Shown here piece by piece: positions 48,946 through 49,564 of a stretch of DNA of 49,564 bases. This DNA comes from Promethearchaeota archaeon (GTDB lineage: Archaea; Asgardarchaeota; Lokiarchaeia; Sigyniarchaeales; SOKP01). A program made the position numbers and the translations under genes. Every line of letters begins with the position of its first letter. The first letter of the stretch is position 1. The stretch is from positions 1 through 49,564 of the forward strand of contig JALGVJ010000027.1 in the NCBI GenBank assembly GCA_029838195.1. The letters are read 5' to 3'. Under the pieces are notes generated by a model, which saw only the letters and a program-made list of their open reading frames with translations, ran no database searches and was not told the origin of the DNA.

Positions 48946-49234
48946 TTAATATCACTTATATTTTTATTAATTTAATTTTATATTCAAATTGATAAGCTGA
49001 TAATTAGATGATAATTATCATTTATTTATATAAATTTTCTTTTAATGACTATGAATTAAACATGATAGCTTCCATTTAAAGCTATTTCAACCATAAAGAC
49101 TAAATATGTGGAAAGCATCCCTTTCCTCCGGAAAGAATCTCTTCGATCTCTCACTTTGGATCGTTGGGGAGTGTTATCAAGTGAATTCACCCCTCTCTCT
49201 ATTCCATCTCTCTTAAATACTAAAAGATTTAAGT

Positions 49235-49564
49235 ATGGAGAAAACCAAGTAATTACGTGGAAGAAAATGTTGATGATGGGATTGAGTTAGAAATCCGGGA
49301 ACATTCCGATGCGGATTTTTTCCCGGAACACTGTCCCCACTGCAAGTCATCCCATATCAAGAGACTCTCTTATTGAATGAGAGAGATCCAGGATTTGGGA
49401 ACACCCCGTATTTGTTGGCGCATCCATTACGAACGTGTTTATTTTCAATCCACGGAATGTAAGGAGATCTTCACCATCGAGCACCCGCTCATCCCAATTG
49501 GAACCCGTTTCATACCGGGAGTTATAGAATATATAATCACCCGCGTGCTCAAAATAGGGGAATC
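49235..49564 (+). mobile_element. Degraded ISL3-like transposase N-terminus (pseudogene, runs off the window)
   Basis: MEK/frameshift/PSNYVEE...HCPHCKSSHIKRLSY*MREIQDLG...RVYFQSTECKEIF..EHP....RF: zf-ISL3-like pattern with TGA at 49374 and one Cys changed to Ser. Confidence 0.6.

Noticed and set aside
564-49290. Numerous 60-170 aa ORFs antisense to or nested in the called genes
   Set aside because: No motifs; expected shadow ORFs of well-supported genes
49374-49376. In-frame TGA as selenocysteine
   Set aside because: Falls at a probable Arg (CGA) position in a relic that also has a frameshift and a lost Cys

Overview
AT-rich (roughly 30-35% GC by eye), gene-dense archaeal chromosomal window, very probably from an Asgard archaeon of the Lokiarchaeia (Promethearchaeia) type. 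The basis is an archaeal TFB, pyruvoyl arginine decarboxylase, archaeal/eukaryal-type ProRS and deoxyhypusine synthase, together with eukaryotic-signature proteins (two-domain gelsolin, longin-like protein, DUSP-like phosphatases). Most genes are metabolic or housekeeping: polyamine/hypusine genes, GH1 glucosidase, lactate racemase plus D-lactate dehydrogenase, a three-gene G3P dehydrogenase module, proBA, acyl-CoA ligase, a heterodimeric ABC exporter and a two-component pair. The right end (about 45.9-49.6 kb) is a decaying accessory region: an LRR gene whose N-terminal domain carries three in-frame amber codons, a very AT-rich AlkP-family gene apparently starting at ATA, and an ISL3-like transposase remnant. 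The standout candidate novel system is a 777-aa protein (23975-26308) that appears to be a compact five-domain EF-G/TetM-like translational GTPase fused to a YqgF/Tex-like RNase H-fold nuclease. I recognised no rRNA, tRNA or CRISPR array. All family calls are by-eye motif recognition; no searches were run.
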